Below are positions 33,737 to 45,965 of a DNA stretch of 64,000 nt, one piece after another. Under the pieces are notes generated by a model. It saw only the letters and a program-made list of their open reading frames with translations. It was not told where the DNA came from and made no database searches. How positions within the stretch are numbered: the first letter of the stretch is position 1; each line of letters begins with the position of its first letter. Location of the stretch: positions 64,001-128,000 of the forward strand of contig BK006943.2 of the NCBI GenBank assembly GCA_000146045.2, written 5' to 3'. The position numbers were made by a program, and so were the translations under genes. The DNA is from TPA_inf: Saccharomyces. Its lineage: Eukaryota.

Positions 33737-35467
33737 ATGATCGCCTTACCAGTAGAGAAGGCCCCTAGAAAGTCCCTATGGCAAAGGCACAGAGCCTTTA
33801 TTAGTGGAATAGTTGCCCTTATTATCATCGGCACCTTCTTCCTCACTTCGGGTCTCCACCCAGCACCACCTCATGAGGCAAAGCGTCCACACCATGGAAA
33901 AGGTCCCATGCACTCACCCAAATGTGAGAAGATTGAACCATTAAGTCCATCATTCAAACATTCCGTCGACACAATTCTTCATGACCCTGCCTTTAGAAAC
34001 AGCTCCATTGAGAAACTGTCCAATGCTGTTAGAATCCCCACTGTAGTCCAAGACAAAAACCCCAACCCCGCAGATGATCCGGATTTCTATAAGCATTTTT
34101 ATGAACTACACGACTATTTTGAGAAGACTTTCCCTAATATTCACAAGCATTTGAAATTGGAGAAAGTCAATGAGCTGGGTCTTCTATACACATGGGAAGG
34201 TTCTGATCCTGATCTAAAACCATTATTGTTAATGGCCCATCAAGATGTTGTACCTGTAAACAACGAAACTTTATCATCCTGGAAGTTCCCTCCATTTTCT
34301 GGTCACTATGATCCAGAAACAGATTTTGTTTGGGGGCGTGGTTCTAACGATTGTAAGAACTTGTTAATTGCCGAGTTTGAAGCTATCGAACAACTGTTGA
34401 TAGATGGATTCAAGCCCAACAGAACTATTGTTATGTCGCTTGGTTTTGATGAAGAAGCAAGCGGCACCCTCGGTGCTGCCAGCTTAGCCTCATTTCTTCA
34501 CGAAAGATATGGTGATGATGGTATTTACAGTATCATTGACGAGGGTGAAGGTATCATGGAAGTCGACAAGGATGTCTTTGTTGCCACTCCAATCAACGCT
34601 GAAAAAGGCTATGTCGACTTCGAAGTCAGTATTCTAGGCCATGGTGGTCATTCCTCTGTCCCACCTGATCATACCACAATCGGTATCGCTTCAGAACTGA
34701 TTACTGAATTTGAAGCCAACCCATTTGACTACGAATTTGAGTTTGACAATCCAATCTATGGATTGTTGACATGTGCTGCTGAACATTCTAAATCTTTAAG
34801 TAAGGATGTGAAGAAGACAATTTTGGGCGCACCATTCTGTCCTAGAAGGAAGGACAAGCTTGTTGAGTACATTTCCAACCAATCACATTTGCGCAGCTTA
34901 ATAAGAACAACACAAGCTGTTGATATCATCAATGGTGGTGTTAAAGCTAATGCTCTGCCCGAAACTACCAGATTCTTGATCAATCACAGAATTAATTTAC
35001 ATTCTTCTGTGGCTGAAGTCTTTGAAAGAAACATAGAATATGCGAAAAAGATTGCTGAGAAGTATGGCTATGGTTTATCTAAGAACGGTGACGATTACAT
35101 TATCCCTGAAACCGAGTTAGGTCACATTGACATTACTCTCTTGAGAGAATTGGAACCAGCACCACTTTCGCCAAGTTCAGGCCCTGTTTGGGACATTTTG
35201 GCAGGTACTATTCAAGATGTTTTTGAAAACGGTGTTCTACAAAACAACGAAGAGTTCTATGTGACTACTGGTTTATTCTCTGGTAACACCGATACTAAAT
35301 ACTACTGGAATTTGTCCAAGAACATTTATAGGTTTGTTGGCTCTATCATTGATATTGATTTACTGAAGACATTGCATTCGGTTAATGAACACGTGGATGT
35401 CCCAGGTCATTTATCTGCCATTGCCTTTGTTTACGAGTATATCGTTAATGTTAACGAATACGCTTAA
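33737..35467 (+). CDS. CPS1: Vacuolar carboxypeptidase S (M20 metallopeptidase), 576 aa
   Basis: N-terminal TM anchor, then an M20 domain (LLLMAHQDVVPV ... SLGFDEEASG ... HGGHSS). Confidence 0.9.
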   Translation: MIALPVEKAPRKSLWQRHRAFISGIVALIIIGTFFLTSGLHPAPPHEAKRPHHGKGPMHSPKCEKIEPLSPSFKHSVDTILHDPAFRNSSIEKLSNAVRIPTVVQDKNPNPADDPDFYKHFYELHDYFEKTFPNIHKHLKLEKVNELGLLYTWEGSDPDLKPLLLMAHQDVVPVNNETLSSWKFPPFSGHYDPETDFVWGRGSNDCKNLLIAEFEAIEQLLIDGFKPNRTIVMSLGFDEEASGTLGAASLASFLHERYGDDGIYSIIDEGEGIMEVDKDVFVATPINAEKGYVDFEVSILGHGGHSSVPPDHTTIGIASELITEFEANPFDYEFEFDNPIYGLLTCAAEHSKSLSKDVKKTILGAPFCPRRKDKLVEYISNQSHLRSLIRTTQAVDIINGGVKANALPETTRFLINHRINLHSSVAEVFERNIEYAKKIAEKYGYGLSKNGDDYIIPETELGHIDITLLRELEPAPLSPSSGPVWDILAGTIQDVFENGVLQNNEEFYVTTGLFSGNTDTKYYWNLSKNIYRFVGSIIDIDLLKTLHSVNEHVDVPGHLSAIAFVYEYIVNVNEYA

Positions 35468-35495
35468 GCGCAATGATTGAATAGTCAAAGATTTT

Positions 35496-35533
35496 TTTTT
35501 TTTAATTTTTTTTTTTTAATTTTTTTTTTTTTT
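35496..35533. repeat. Long poly(dA:dT) tract (T10-14 runs) downstream of CPS1, in the convergent CPS1/TOH1 terminator region
   Basis: tttttttttttttaattttttttttttaattttttttttttt seen directly. A 12-bp direct repeat gtgtcaaatcaa sits twice at 35637-35660. Confidence 0.8.
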
Positions 35534-35703
35534 CATAGAACTTTTTATTTAAATAAATCACGTCTATATATGTATCAGTATAACGTAAAAAAAAAAACAC
35601 CGTCAGTTAAACAAAACATAAATAAAAAAAAAAAGAAGTGTCAAATCAAGTGTCAAATCAAAATTTAAATGATGATGATAATATGACCATACAATGACTT
35701 AAA

Positions 35704-36894
35704 TCAAATCAAAACCACTTGCGTAAAGGCAGTGAATATGGCCAAAATATAATACCATACACCGTTTTGCATCTTCGTTAAAGCAACACCATTCGACTTC
35801 GAGGTGGTCGAAGGCGCAGTAGCAGAAATGCTCATCAATTGAGAAGAATAGGTTTCGTTTTCTGGAATTGCAGCCAATAAATCGTTAACAGTATCAGCAG
35901 AAACAGTTCCATTGAATGGAGTGGCATCAGATATGAAAGAAACGACATTTCCACTAGAATCGAAAACAACACCACCTTTCATCGTTCCAGTAGTATTTCT
36001 TGTTATGTATCCGTAAGATTGGATACCAGTACCCAAATCCTCGATACCTTGGAAAGTGTGGAAAGTAGAATAGAGATGGTTTTTCTCCGTACCATTCATA
36101 GCTTCAAAAATATCGTATTCCCCACATCCACTAGCCCAACATGAACAGTTGGCATTGGTTGGATATTGAGAAGTCCTTGCAATGTGATCGTTTAGCAACC
36201 AAATAGCAGGCAAGTCATAGTACCCAATAGAGCTGCTATTTTTCTCAGTTTCAGTAGGCATTTCGAATTCAAACAAAAACATCTTTGTTGTACCTCCGTA
36301 CCCATAGTAAGCTGGAATGCCACTACGGTAAACCCCACAACCCTTATCATAACCTGATTTTGGACATGAGACATTCGAATAGATTATGTATTCTTGATCT
36401 GAAGAAATCAAAGTGCCATCTGCCAAAACGGTAGCTTCACTGGCGCTGCCAGTACCGTTAGAACTAGCGTAGGACAAAGCATTTCCTAAACAAGGGGAAG
36501 CTTCACCTCCATGATTTAGAAAGGTAACGTTATCAGCGGTTTTGGAACTGGACTCATAGTAGGCAAGACGGTTCCAATCAGAAGAACTTCTGCTGTTGTT
36601 GACGGTAAATCCAGGGGATGTGTAAAAAGCAAATTGTTTCAACTTCAATGGTCCACGGAAATGAACGGATAAATAGTCTGCTAGTGGAGCGTTCTTACCA
36701 CTAAACCATACTCTGTCACCCACTTCGCAAGTACACGATTCATTGTTGGTGATATCTTTAAACTTATTCACATCTACGTAGGAGCCTGTAAAACCAACAT
36801 TAGTGAAATCCAACTTTTGGTACGACTGAGGTCCACTGGCAGCGACTGTGTGCAACATAAACATGCACACGGAAAGGACTATACTCTGTAACAT
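35704..36894 (-). CDS. TOH1: GPI-anchored cell-wall protein, Tos1 homologue (GH132-like), 396 aa
   Basis: Signal peptide MLQSIVLSVCMFMLHTVAASG, Ser/Thr-rich body and a hydrophobic C-terminal GPI signal. Confidence 0.82.
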   Translation of the reverse strand: MLQSIVLSVCMFMLHTVAASGPQSYQKLDFTNVGFTGSYVDVNKFKDITNNESCTCEVGDRVWFSGKNAPLADYLSVHFRGPLKLKQFAFYTSPGFTVNNSRSSSDWNRLAYYESSSKTADNVTFLNHGGEASPCLGNALSYASSNGTGSASEATVLADGTLISSDQEYIIYSNVSCPKSGYDKGCGVYRSGIPAYYGYGGTTKMFLFEFEMPTETEKNSSSIGYYDLPAIWLLNDHIARTSQYPTNANCSCWASGCGEYDIFEAMNGTEKNHLYSTFHTFQGIEDLGTGIQSYGYITRNTTGTMKGGVVFDSSGNVVSFISDATPFNGTVSADTVNDLLAAIPENETYSSQLMSISATAPSTTSKSNGVALTKMQNGVWYYILAIFTAFTQVVLI

Positions 36895-37149
36895 TTGTCT
36901 TATTTAAGCTTGTAATGTTTGCACTTGAGTATGTTCTATTATGGCTGCTTCCTTCGATAAGGATTGTTTCTCGAGGATTTTCAGGTTTATAAATAACCTA
37001 AGCTCGGCAAAATAGACAAAAGAAAAGGGCGGAGCCAAGACTTTGAAAAAAAAAAATGGAAAAAGGAACCCTTGCAGATACAGCAAAAATGGGAAATGGA
37101 GGCTGTGGAAAAGAAAGAGGCTGATATCATTTTCTGTCTTTAGATCTAC

Positions 37150-37779
37150 CTAACGGCTTTTCTTACATAGGAGAACTACAAATATTATGAGTATAGAATC
37201 GATGAGGAGGCCAAGCAAAGACCGTAAATTCCAGTCGCGGAAGGTCTTACGTAATAAATCGTGCGACTCCAGCACATCGTGGGCTACCTTCTTCAAAAAC
37301 GCGTAACGATATTTTTTCAAGGTGTCATTCTCGTCCTCGACTTGTTCCGTGTTCACGTTTAGGAAAGACGACGGCATACCGTCTTTGCTCTCGTAATATT
37401 CTTCGCTGTTGCTATCACTGAAATTCTGCATGACGCGAATCTCTTGGAGGACTTCTTCCTTTATGGGTATCACCGTTCTTTTAGTTATGGCTTCATATTC
37501 ATAAAATCCTGGGTATTCGTCTTCTTGCAAGTCGTGGAATTCCAATTCATGTGGTTGCCAATACTGTAAGAACCACCAGGCTAAAAGATTCACCAACCAG
37601 AAAACGGGGCACAAGATTCCAAAAACAAAAAACCTTGGCAGCCAAGGTTGGACAGGCACACTCATTTTACATGATTTGCATTGGCAACAGTATTTTTTCA
37701 TCCAAGGGTTCTCATCGTTCTCGAAGGGCGCGGCTAGATGTTTTGTTTTATGCTCAATACTTGATGCTAAAGTAGTCAT
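37150..37779 (-). CDS. ASG7: a-cell-specific, pheromone-induced membrane protein, 209 aa
   Basis: MTTLASSIEHKTKHLAAPFENDENPWMKKYCCQCK... The alpha2-Mcm1 operator sits 125 bp upstream. The track ORF starts 16 codons upstream of the real ATG. Confidence 0.82.
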   Translation of the reverse strand: MTTLASSIEHKTKHLAAPFENDENPWMKKYCCQCKSCKMSVPVQPWLPRFFVFGILCPVFWLVNLLAWWFLQYWQPHELEFHDLQEDEYPGFYEYEAITKRTVIPIKEEVLQEIRVMQNFSDSNSEEYYESKDGMPSSFLNVNTEQVEDENDTLKKYRYAFLKKVAHDVLESHDLLRKTFRDWNLRSLLGLLIDSILIIFVVLLCKKSR

Positions 37780-37904
37780 GTTTCTTGTCGTCATTCTTTG
37801 AATTTTTGTAGTCCTATGTACAAGCACAATATAAATGACAGACTAGTCAACGACGCTGACCCTTTATATGTTCCCCGTATATTCCTTGTTTTCATTGCAG
37901 TTAA

Positions 37905-37933
37905 CATGTAAATTTCCCGATGCGGTAATTACG
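37905..37933. promoter_or_regulatory. alpha2-Mcm1 a-specific-gene operator, about 125 bp upstream of ASG7
   Basis: CATGTAAATTTCCCGATGCGGTAATTACG matches the 31-bp asg operator (as its reverse complement, CATGTAAATTTCC-N6-GGTAATTACATG) at all conserved flank positions. There is also a TGAAACG PRE-like motif at 37985-37991. Confidence 0.75.
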
Positions 37934-38226
37934 TTTCAAAGTCATTTCAACACTTCTATTGACAGCAAAAAAATAAAGACACTTGAAACGCACGATTTTT
38001 TCAAGAATAATATCTGTCGAGAAGATGTGTCACATTACCTATCATTACAGTGCTACTGATAGCCCACTAATGCGGATATTTAAATATATGCACCAAAAAT
38101 GTATAAAGAAATAAACGGTAAAGACAAAAAAAATTACTTATTACAAATCGCAATTACAATTAAAGTACAAGACTTCCTTTGGGACAGAAAACGTGAAACA
38201 AGCCCCAAATATGCATGTCTGGTTAA

Positions 38227-40428
38227 TTATGATGATGTTGAAGGTGGAGGAGAAGACATCCTTGTTGATGCTGATGATAATGCCAACGCCTTTTTTTGCT
38301 TCTTCTTGAGGATAATCTTATCCATGTATGAATTTATGAATTCTTTAACTTTATGCCTTTTTCCTTTGGTTAAGTCATCAGGCGGCGCTCTTGAAGAATC
38401 TTTTTTAAGTTCCTTTGTAGTTAGGATTTTCACGATGTCTTTAGCACATTGTTTAATGTTTTCATGATCAAATTGTTTACTTTGTGGGTTTTTTTTTATT
38501 AAGTTGGGTACAAAAGATGCAAAGAATTTATTCCAGTTGTGCTCTAGTCTTTGGGACTGGGAGACCGTTTTTCTTTTCAACCGCTTAGCCTCTTTTGCTT
38601 CCACTAGTTTTTTGGCCTCTTCCTTTTGTAACTCCTTCTGTTTGTTGGCCTCCGCTATAATATCCTCCAAAACGCTTTTTCTTTCATTCTCAAGCTTTAG
38701 CTTTTGCTTCAGGCTTTCCAATTCTTCTTGTTTGGCTCTTTCTAGCGCAATTCTTTCGTATTCCAGTCTTTTTTGTTTCTTCCTCTCATATTCTTCGTCA
38801 CTCAGCTTATGTTTCTTAGAGTCTAAAGCGCCAGGCGTTTTTGGTATTCCACTGCTACTCGGAGAATTTACTTGTGTATTTGACCTTGAACTAAAGACCT
38901 TAGATGATCCCGAAGGTGGATAGTGTAGTTTCGTTTTCTGTTCTGCATTATAATACAATGGGCGACCGTTTTCGTGAATGATCTCCCAGCCTGGAGGTAA
39001 TCTCACCCTTCTCAAATCTATCATTTTGCTGGCTGCGACGTTTATGTCTTTCTTCGTTATCCTTTTATATGTTTCAAATTTCGACCATTTCTCCAATAAC
39101 TCATCGCAGTTTGGCTTTAAAAATGGAAACTTTGCAGGGAGAGTTTTTACTACATTATCAATTTGTGACGACTCAATACCGTTTCGAGTTGTCTTTGGTA
39201 ATTCCAACAAAAAATCTAAAATTCCCTTTATAAACTTTATATCATCTTCTTCAGTCTCGTTTCCTTTTCCATCTACCTGAGGTTGTTCCGTGATAAACAA
39301 TTTAAGCATTTTGCTAAAACAGGTGTAACCGTGTAGTTTGATAGCCTGATGACGAAGAGAGTCATCATCGATAGTAAAAAGTCTCTTCAAGAGTTTGGAT
39401 GCAATTATCTTATTATCTTGCTGTAGTAATACACTCATGATCTTCGTCACATCCACTGGGCTGTCGATAGGTTGGACTTCCAATGATTGAAGAAATTCAA
39501 TATTTATGTTCTCGTTTTCATTCTTTATTATTGGCTCACCGCTTAATTTCTTTAACTTTAGCCATTTTTTCTCCATGGAAACAGTCACTCCCAAGGCATC
39601 AGCGATGTTCTGGGGCAATAAAGATGCCGCATCTGTTTGAGTCTTACCACCGAGAAACCCAATACAATTTGGCTCCTCACAGTAGCATTTCTGAGCTTGA
39701 GCACCATAACGATCCACATTATAATCAAAAGTGATTTCCTCACCTTTTAAAATTTTTCTTTGAGCAAATATTCCCATGCGTAGCTTATCCTTAACAACCC
39801 ATTTATTAACATATGCATTGGGGCTGCAAGAGTGATTGCAAAATCTGGCCAACGAACCCTTTATTGTGGCGTCAATGAATTCTCCGTTCTGTAACATCAT
39901 AAAATAAAAATGCTTGAAATGACGTTGGTCATAGTCTATTAACCTATCTCTAAATTCCATCTCCTCGATCACCTCACCTTTGTACTCGTAAATGAACTGG
40001 TTGGCTTCTATGTCCTGTTCGGCTCTTACGCCATAACCTTTATGCTTTGTTTTAAATATGGCTATCGGAGCGTACTGCTTCTTTTGAAATCTCTGATTTT
40101 GACAATCATTACCACAAGATGAACACAAATCGTTGACACATTCTATCAACGTAAGTCTATTGATACAGTCAGAATCCTCGTCACAGGCATGGTTGACGCC
40201 ATCTGAGAATTCTTCATAACAGTCACATTCCATGAAATCATTATTCTTAAATGTTCCGATCCTCTTGTTCGCATATATACAGTCATCCAAGTTTTCAAAT
40301 TTGGTCAATGCTTCCTCTGTGAGATCAGGCTCTTGATCAAAAAGCCTTTGAGGTTTATGGCCCTCAGCGTTGTTATTCAGTATTTCTTTTTCATCTTCCG
40401 ACGCACTCACACTTTGGTTCTTCGACAT
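38227..40428 (-). CDS. SET2: Histone H3K36 methyltransferase (AWS-SET-postSET, WW and SRI domains), 733 aa
   Basis: [35 protein letters not shown]... with a SET domain ([10 protein letters not shown]...[11 protein letters not shown]). The track ORF starts 6 codons upstream. Confidence 0.92.
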   Translation of the reverse strand: MSKNQSVSASEDEKEILNNNAEGHKPQRLFDQEPDLTEEALTKFENLDDCIYANKRIGTFKNNDFMECDCYEEFSDGVNHACDEDSDCINRLTLIECVNDLCSSCGNDCQNQRFQKKQYAPIAIFKTKHKGYGVRAEQDIEANQFIYEYKGEVIEEMEFRDRLIDYDQRHFKHFYFMMLQNGEFIDATIKGSLARFCNHSCSPNAYVNKWVVKDKLRMGIFAQRKILKGEEITFDYNVDRYGAQAQKCYCEEPNCIGFLGGKTQTDAASLLPQNIADALGVTVSMEKKWLKLKKLSGEPIIKNENENINIEFLQSLEVQPIDSPVDVTKIMSVLLQQDNKIIASKLLKRLFTIDDDSLRHQAIKLHGYTCFSKMLKLFITEQPQVDGKGNETEEDDIKFIKGILDFLLELPKTTRNGIESSQIDNVVKTLPAKFPFLKPNCDELLEKWSKFETYKRITKKDINVAASKMIDLRRVRLPPGWEIIHENGRPLYYNAEQKTKLHYPPSGSSKVFSSRSNTQVNSPSSSGIPKTPGALDSKKHKLSDEEYERKKQKRLEYERIALERAKQEELESLKQKLKLENERKSVLEDIIAEANKQKELQKEEAKKLVEAKEAKRLKRKTVSQSQRLEHNWNKFFASFVPNLIKKNPQSKQFDHENIKQCAKDIVKILTTKELKKDSSRAPPDDLTKGKRHKVKEFINSYMDKIILKKKQKKALALSSASTRMSSPPPSTSS

Positions 40429-40641
40429 GATCACGTAAAACAACAACCAGGAAAGGAGAAAGGTTTGACAGCACGACTATGCAGTTTTCTATCACACGTT
40501 CGAAAGCCCCTTTGAAAAGCTGCCAACGTGACCTTACGTTCTGATAAATAACCACCAAATTACCAATAATTCTAATAGTTTCTTGGAATTTTTCACATGT
40601 TTGCAGTGAATAAAAAAAAAAAAACGTTAAAGGTGATATTG

Positions 40642-40649
40642 ATCACGTG
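40642..40649. promoter_or_regulatory. Cbf1-type E-box TCACGTGA in the SET2-ERG20 intergenic region
   Basis: Exact RTCACGTGA core. The same motif recurs at 15611-15618 (SWE1/MNN5 intergenic), 42193-42200 (upstream of QCR8) and 59398-59405 (CIS3 promoter). Confidence 0.5.
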
Positions 40650-41013
40650 ACAAATCTGTAAAAGTACGGATACTGTCCTTATTACTGCGATATACAGTGT
40701 GAGGTATTCTAAGCGGTATATTCACCGTCCTCTACACATATTTTAAATACTGATGAAGTGACAAGCAATATCATTGAGCATTCTTTTTTCAATAGTCGAA
40801 GTCAGCTTCTTCTCGTCGGTTCTAAACGAAACGCCTTGTTGAAAAAGACCGATAAATAGAGGAAGCAACGGCAGGAAATATATATAAACGCATGTCGAAA
40901 CTAATACTTTATGATAGATTGTTCTTCTATCAGTTTTCATTTTAACTTTAAAAACTCAACCAACAGGTATTGGACTGACATAGGCACAATAAACTCAAAA
41001 ATATTACGTAGAA

Positions 41014-42072
41014 ATGGCTTCAGAAAAAGAAATTAGGAGAGAGAGATTCTTGAACGTTTTCCCTAAATTAGTAGAGGAATTGAACGCATCGCTTTTGGCT
41101 TACGGTATGCCTAAGGAAGCATGTGACTGGTATGCCCACTCATTGAACTACAACACTCCAGGCGGTAAGCTAAATAGAGGTTTGTCCGTTGTGGACACGT
41201 ATGCTATTCTCTCCAACAAGACCGTTGAACAATTGGGGCAAGAAGAATACGAAAAGGTTGCCATTCTAGGTTGGTGCATTGAGTTGTTGCAGGCTTACTT
41301 CTTGGTCGCCGATGATATGATGGACAAGTCCATTACCAGAAGAGGCCAACCATGTTGGTACAAGGTTCCTGAAGTTGGGGAAATTGCCATCAATGACGCA
41401 TTCATGTTAGAGGCTGCTATCTACAAGCTTTTGAAATCTCACTTCAGAAACGAAAAATACTACATAGATATCACCGAATTGTTCCATGAGGTCACCTTCC
41501 AAACCGAATTGGGCCAATTGATGGACTTAATCACTGCACCTGAAGACAAAGTCGACTTGAGTAAGTTCTCCCTAAAGAAGCACTCCTTCATAGTTACTTT
41601 CAAGACTGCTTACTATTCTTTCTACTTGCCTGTCGCATTGGCCATGTACGTTGCCGGTATCACGGATGAAAAGGATTTGAAACAAGCCAGAGATGTCTTG
41701 ATTCCATTGGGTGAATACTTCCAAATTCAAGATGACTACTTAGACTGCTTCGGTACCCCAGAACAGATCGGTAAGATCGGTACAGATATCCAAGATAACA
41801 AATGTTCTTGGGTAATCAACAAGGCATTGGAACTTGCTTCCGCAGAACAAAGAAAGACTTTAGACGAAAATTACGGTAAGAAGGACTCAGTCGCAGAAGC
41901 CAAATGCAAAAAGATTTTCAATGACTTGAAAATTGAACAGCTATACCACGAATATGAAGAGTCTATTGCCAAGGATTTGAAGGCCAAAATTTCTCAGGTC
42001 GATGAGTCTCGTGGCTTCAAAGCTGATGTCTTAACTGCGTTCTTGAACAAAGTTTACAAGAGAAGCAAATAG
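41014..42072 (+). CDS. ERG20: Farnesyl pyrophosphate synthase, 352 aa
   Basis: [25 protein letters not shown]... with both Asp-rich motifs (LVADDMMD and FQIQDDYLD). Confidence 0.95.
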   Translation: MASEKEIRRERFLNVFPKLVEELNASLLAYGMPKEACDWYAHSLNYNTPGGKLNRGLSVVDTYAILSNKTVEQLGQEEYEKVAILGWCIELLQAYFLVADDMMDKSITRRGQPCWYKVPEVGEIAINDAFMLEAAIYKLLKSHFRNEKYYIDITELFHEVTFQTELGQLMDLITAPEDKVDLSKFSLKKHSFIVTFKTAYYSFYLPVALAMYVAGITDEKDLKQARDVLIPLGEYFQIQDDYLDCFGTPEQIGKIGTDIQDNKCSWVINKALELASAEQRKTLDENYGKKDSVAEAKCKKIFNDLKIEQLYHEYEESIAKDLKAKISQVDESRGFKADVLTAFLNKVYKRSK

Positions 42073-42433
42073 AACTAACGCTAATCGATAAAACATTAGA
42101 TTTCAAACTAGATAAGGACCATGTATAAGAACTATATACTTCCAATATAATATAGTATAAGCTTTAAGATAGTATCTCTCGATCTACCGTTCCACGTGAC
42201 TAGTCCAAGGATTTTTTTTAAGCCAATGAAAATGAAGAAATGCGTGATCGGAAATTACGGGTAGTACGAGAAGGAAACTTGAGCCACCCCCCAAATTTTA
42301 TTCATATAATAATAGGAAAAGCAACGACCTCATCTCTCGAACATTGTTTACTTGAGCAAGTCCGATTAAGAGTAAGTTGTCGTACGTTAAATACAAATAA
42401 TCAACAAAACACTACACAAAAACTTCTACGATA

Positions 42434-42718
42434 ATGGGTCCTCCAAGCGGTAAAACTTACATGGGATGGTGGGGTCACATGGGTGGTCCAAAGCAAAAAG
42501 GTATAACCTCATATGCTGTGTCTCCATATGCTCAAAAGCCATTACAAGGTATTTTCCATAACGCTGTATTCAATAGTTTTAGAAGATTTAAGTCTCAATT
42601 TCTATATGTATTAATACCTGCGGGAATTTATTGGTACTGGTGGAAGAACGGTAACGAGTATAATGAATTTCTGTACAGCAAAGCTGGTAGAGAAGAGCTG
42701 GAAAGAGTTAATGTTTAA
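42434..42718 (+). CDS. QCR8: Cytochrome bc1 complex subunit 8, 94 aa
   Basis: MGPPSGKTYMGWWGHMGGPKQKGITSYAVSPYAQKPLQG... Confidence 0.9.
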   Translation: MGPPSGKTYMGWWGHMGGPKQKGITSYAVSPYAQKPLQGIFHNAVFNSFRRFKSQFLYVLIPAGIYWYWWKNGNEYNEFLYSKAGREELERVNV

Positions 42719-42893
42719 TATTGTTTCCATGCCTCTACATTACATCGATCTTTTGATCTTCTAAAAACTTACATATATATTCTGTTTATAAAACAAGAGC
42801 AAATAACCCCCATATATTTATTCAGTCAGTCTATTTATTTACTTACAGTATCAGTAATAATAAATACTTAAGCATTTTTTGTTTTGTATATCT

Positions 42894-45461
42894 TTATTTA
42901 CTAACCTTGGTATGTAAGTGTCTATAAACTACACAGCATTTTGTTTTCCTCATCCAGGAGCTTTGTAGTAATTGTTCAATGGTGATTCTCTTCGTGGGGT
43001 CGACCTGGAACGTTCTATATAGTGCAATTTTCCTCAACCTATTCAGTTCGCTACTAACATGTCTTAATTCCTCAAATAGATAAAACTGTCCATCATCTTT
43101 AATTTCACTGAGAAATGATTTAAAAAGAGAATCCTTTTCAGGAATGGCGATTTTCCAAAGATACTGTCCCATGACCATTGTACAGTAAACAATACCACAA
43201 CTCCAACAATCTACCAGACGCGGATCGTATTCTGCATCCCTTATAAATTCTTCAGGTGCCACATATGGCTCTGAACCCATGGCTCCACTCTGGAAGTGGA
43301 CGTGTTTCTCCCAGGCAGTCTGAAAAACTGAACTAGTACCAAAATCACAAATTTTTAACAACCCATTAGGTTGGAAAAGGATATTTTCGGGTTTCAAATC
43401 ACAGTGTGCTATACCATGATCATGCATGTATTGAACACCATTCAAAAGCTGTTTCATAAAACAGTCTGCTTCTAATGGGTGCAACGGACTCCCAGAACCT
43501 TCTTTAACAGTTTGGATCAATCTTGAACTCCCGTTATTCGATTCATTTGAGATGTTATTCCTTGTTAGCAACGAATATAAATCACCTGAAGCACAAAATT
43601 CCATCACTTCTACGAAGGAATTGCTATATTCCATTAGGTCCAAAATTTTCAAAATGTTTGGGGCATTGAAGACATGTTTTGGTGGAGTGGTTCTTGAAAC
43701 ATTTCCTGCTATCATCGCATTTGCCTCAAAATGCGGATGGCTCAGTGAGTGTCCAATAATGAACTCAGAGGTTAATCTCGTGCAAAATTTATCAATTTGG
43801 TCACCTGGCTTGGGCTTCAGCTCTTTGACGGCAAAGAATAGTTTTTTTCCATTAGAGTAGGTACTGTATGGTAGGACATCTTTAGCAGTCTTGCACCTTG
43901 CGCAAATTTTGACCACCCCGTATGCACCTGCACCGACGACCCCAATAGATTTTCCGTATTTTTGTGAACAAGGTTTATGAGATGTATCGTCATTGGTTGT
44001 TCCTGCCTTGCCCTCTGTGTCATCAGAATCCTCCTGTTTATTGCTATTGCTTCTGCCTTCGCCATTGTTGCCTTTTGTATTTTCACTTTTAAGGCCCTTT
44101 CGTATTTTTTCCGATAATGCATTGATTAGCTTCAACTCTTCAACACCTACAGCAGCGTTAGGATTCACGATTTGCGGAATATTTTTACCATCGTTTTTCA
44201 TCAATTCATCATTATTGCCATTTTTAAGGTTACTCGTTCTCGATTTCTTTAAAGTCTGCGATTTGATGAATCTCTGGGATGGTATTATTGAAAATGCTTT
44301 TTCTAGATTGATTTGTTCGCCGTTTTCTTCTTGTTGCTGCTGTTGCTGCTGTTGTTGGTTTCCATCCTTATGAGATTTGAATAATCCACTTAAAGAAAAC
44401 ACAGATTTTTGTTTATGCATATTTGCCTCACTGTCATTGTCACCATCATCGCCGCTGTTTACAGAAGCGTCAGCATCCTTTTCATCGCCACTATCCACAT
44501 TTTTATTGTTTGTAATAATTGGCAGCACTCTCAAAGAATGTTCGTGGTATCCGTTTTCAAAGACTTTGAAATGACCTAAATCCAAAATACATTTACATTC
44601 GATTTCTTGAAATTTCGGTAAGCTGGAAGCACTGATAGAGTCTGAGTGATTTCTTCCCCTCATGTATATTCTATTTCCTGTACCATTACCAACATTGTTG
44701 GTGGCATTTGAATTCATTCCACCATTTCCATTTTTCATTGGTGGTGACCTTGGTGTGGACAAACTGTTCTTCCTACTTCTTGTGCGATTGCTATGATTAC
44801 GTACGCCCAGACTGTTTCTCCTTCTAAGTTTTGATTCTTCGTCATAATCAAGCATAGCATCAATAGAAAAGTTATTTTCCTGATCCAAAACATGGTTGGC
44901 ATTACTATTTGCAGGGTTTGAAGAACCTGCGTTTTGTGGGAAGTTTTTCAGCCGTTCCCTTGGTTGTCTTTCAACCTCATCGCTACCAACTGTATAGCGG
45001 TGATGAGGCACATAAGCTTCCTTGGAACGTACATGTTTTGCACGAGCTTTCTCTTCCTTTTTATTTTGAAGATCCTCTCTCTCTAACAAATTGGCTTCAT
45101 CTTCATCTTTTTCACTTATGAAAGATTCTTGTGAAAACATTTCATTTTCTGAATTCAAAGATGGTTCCCTACTAGGTGACAACGAGAGTTTTGCAATATT
45201 AGGGACGCCCAGTTTGTGATGCTTAGGAGCCGCTTGTAGAACAGGGCTATGTACGGGGGATATAGACGGGGAAGATACGTTGCTAGTTATTATTCTTGCT
45301 GTTTGATGAGAATGTGCTTGGTCCTGACCGGGACGAGATGAAGGAGCCGCAGCATTATTACTGCCTGATATCCCTGAAGGCTTAAATAGACCCTTAATGG
45401 ATTCGGAGAGCGATCTGGCCCTCTTCAAAGATGTGTGGCGTGAAAGCTTCTCATCTCCCAT
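42894..45461 (-). CDS. HAL5: Ser/Thr protein kinase regulating Trk1/2 cation transporters, 855 aa
   Basis: [25 protein letters not shown]... with a C-terminal kinase domain ([17 protein letters not shown]) and an internal poly-Gln. Confidence 0.9.
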
Positions 45462-45965
45462 TGTTTTTATTTTTTCAAAATTTTTTTTTTATTTAGCAAG
45501 TTTCTCTATCTCCTTTGTATTCTAAAAGTAAATGGATGGAAAGAATGGATCTTTTCGTAGACTATAATGCTTCCTAAAATATACACGTATAGAATGGAGA
45601 TTCCGACTTGTTTGGAGCCACCAATTGCCCTTTATTTGGTTTATACCAAGGGGCTCACGTAAAAAAAAAATCGATATGCAAAATCCTTCATTTCATGATG
45701 CAAGCTTTCGAAAGTGGCGCGGCGAGCAAAGTAGAAAATCAAAGACAGAAGCGTAGAATAAAAGCCCTTTTAATGGTAGGAATACGCCTCGATAACATCA
45801 TGTATGCAATCTACAAGAACAGTGAACGCCGTTCCATCTCCGTAGTAACTATACAGGGGTTGAAATTTCGTTTTCGAAGGATAGTTGTTATGTAGAAAAG
45901 AGGGAAAAAAATATGAAAAAAAAAAAATATAGATACGAGAGGAAAATACAACAAAACATTAGTCA

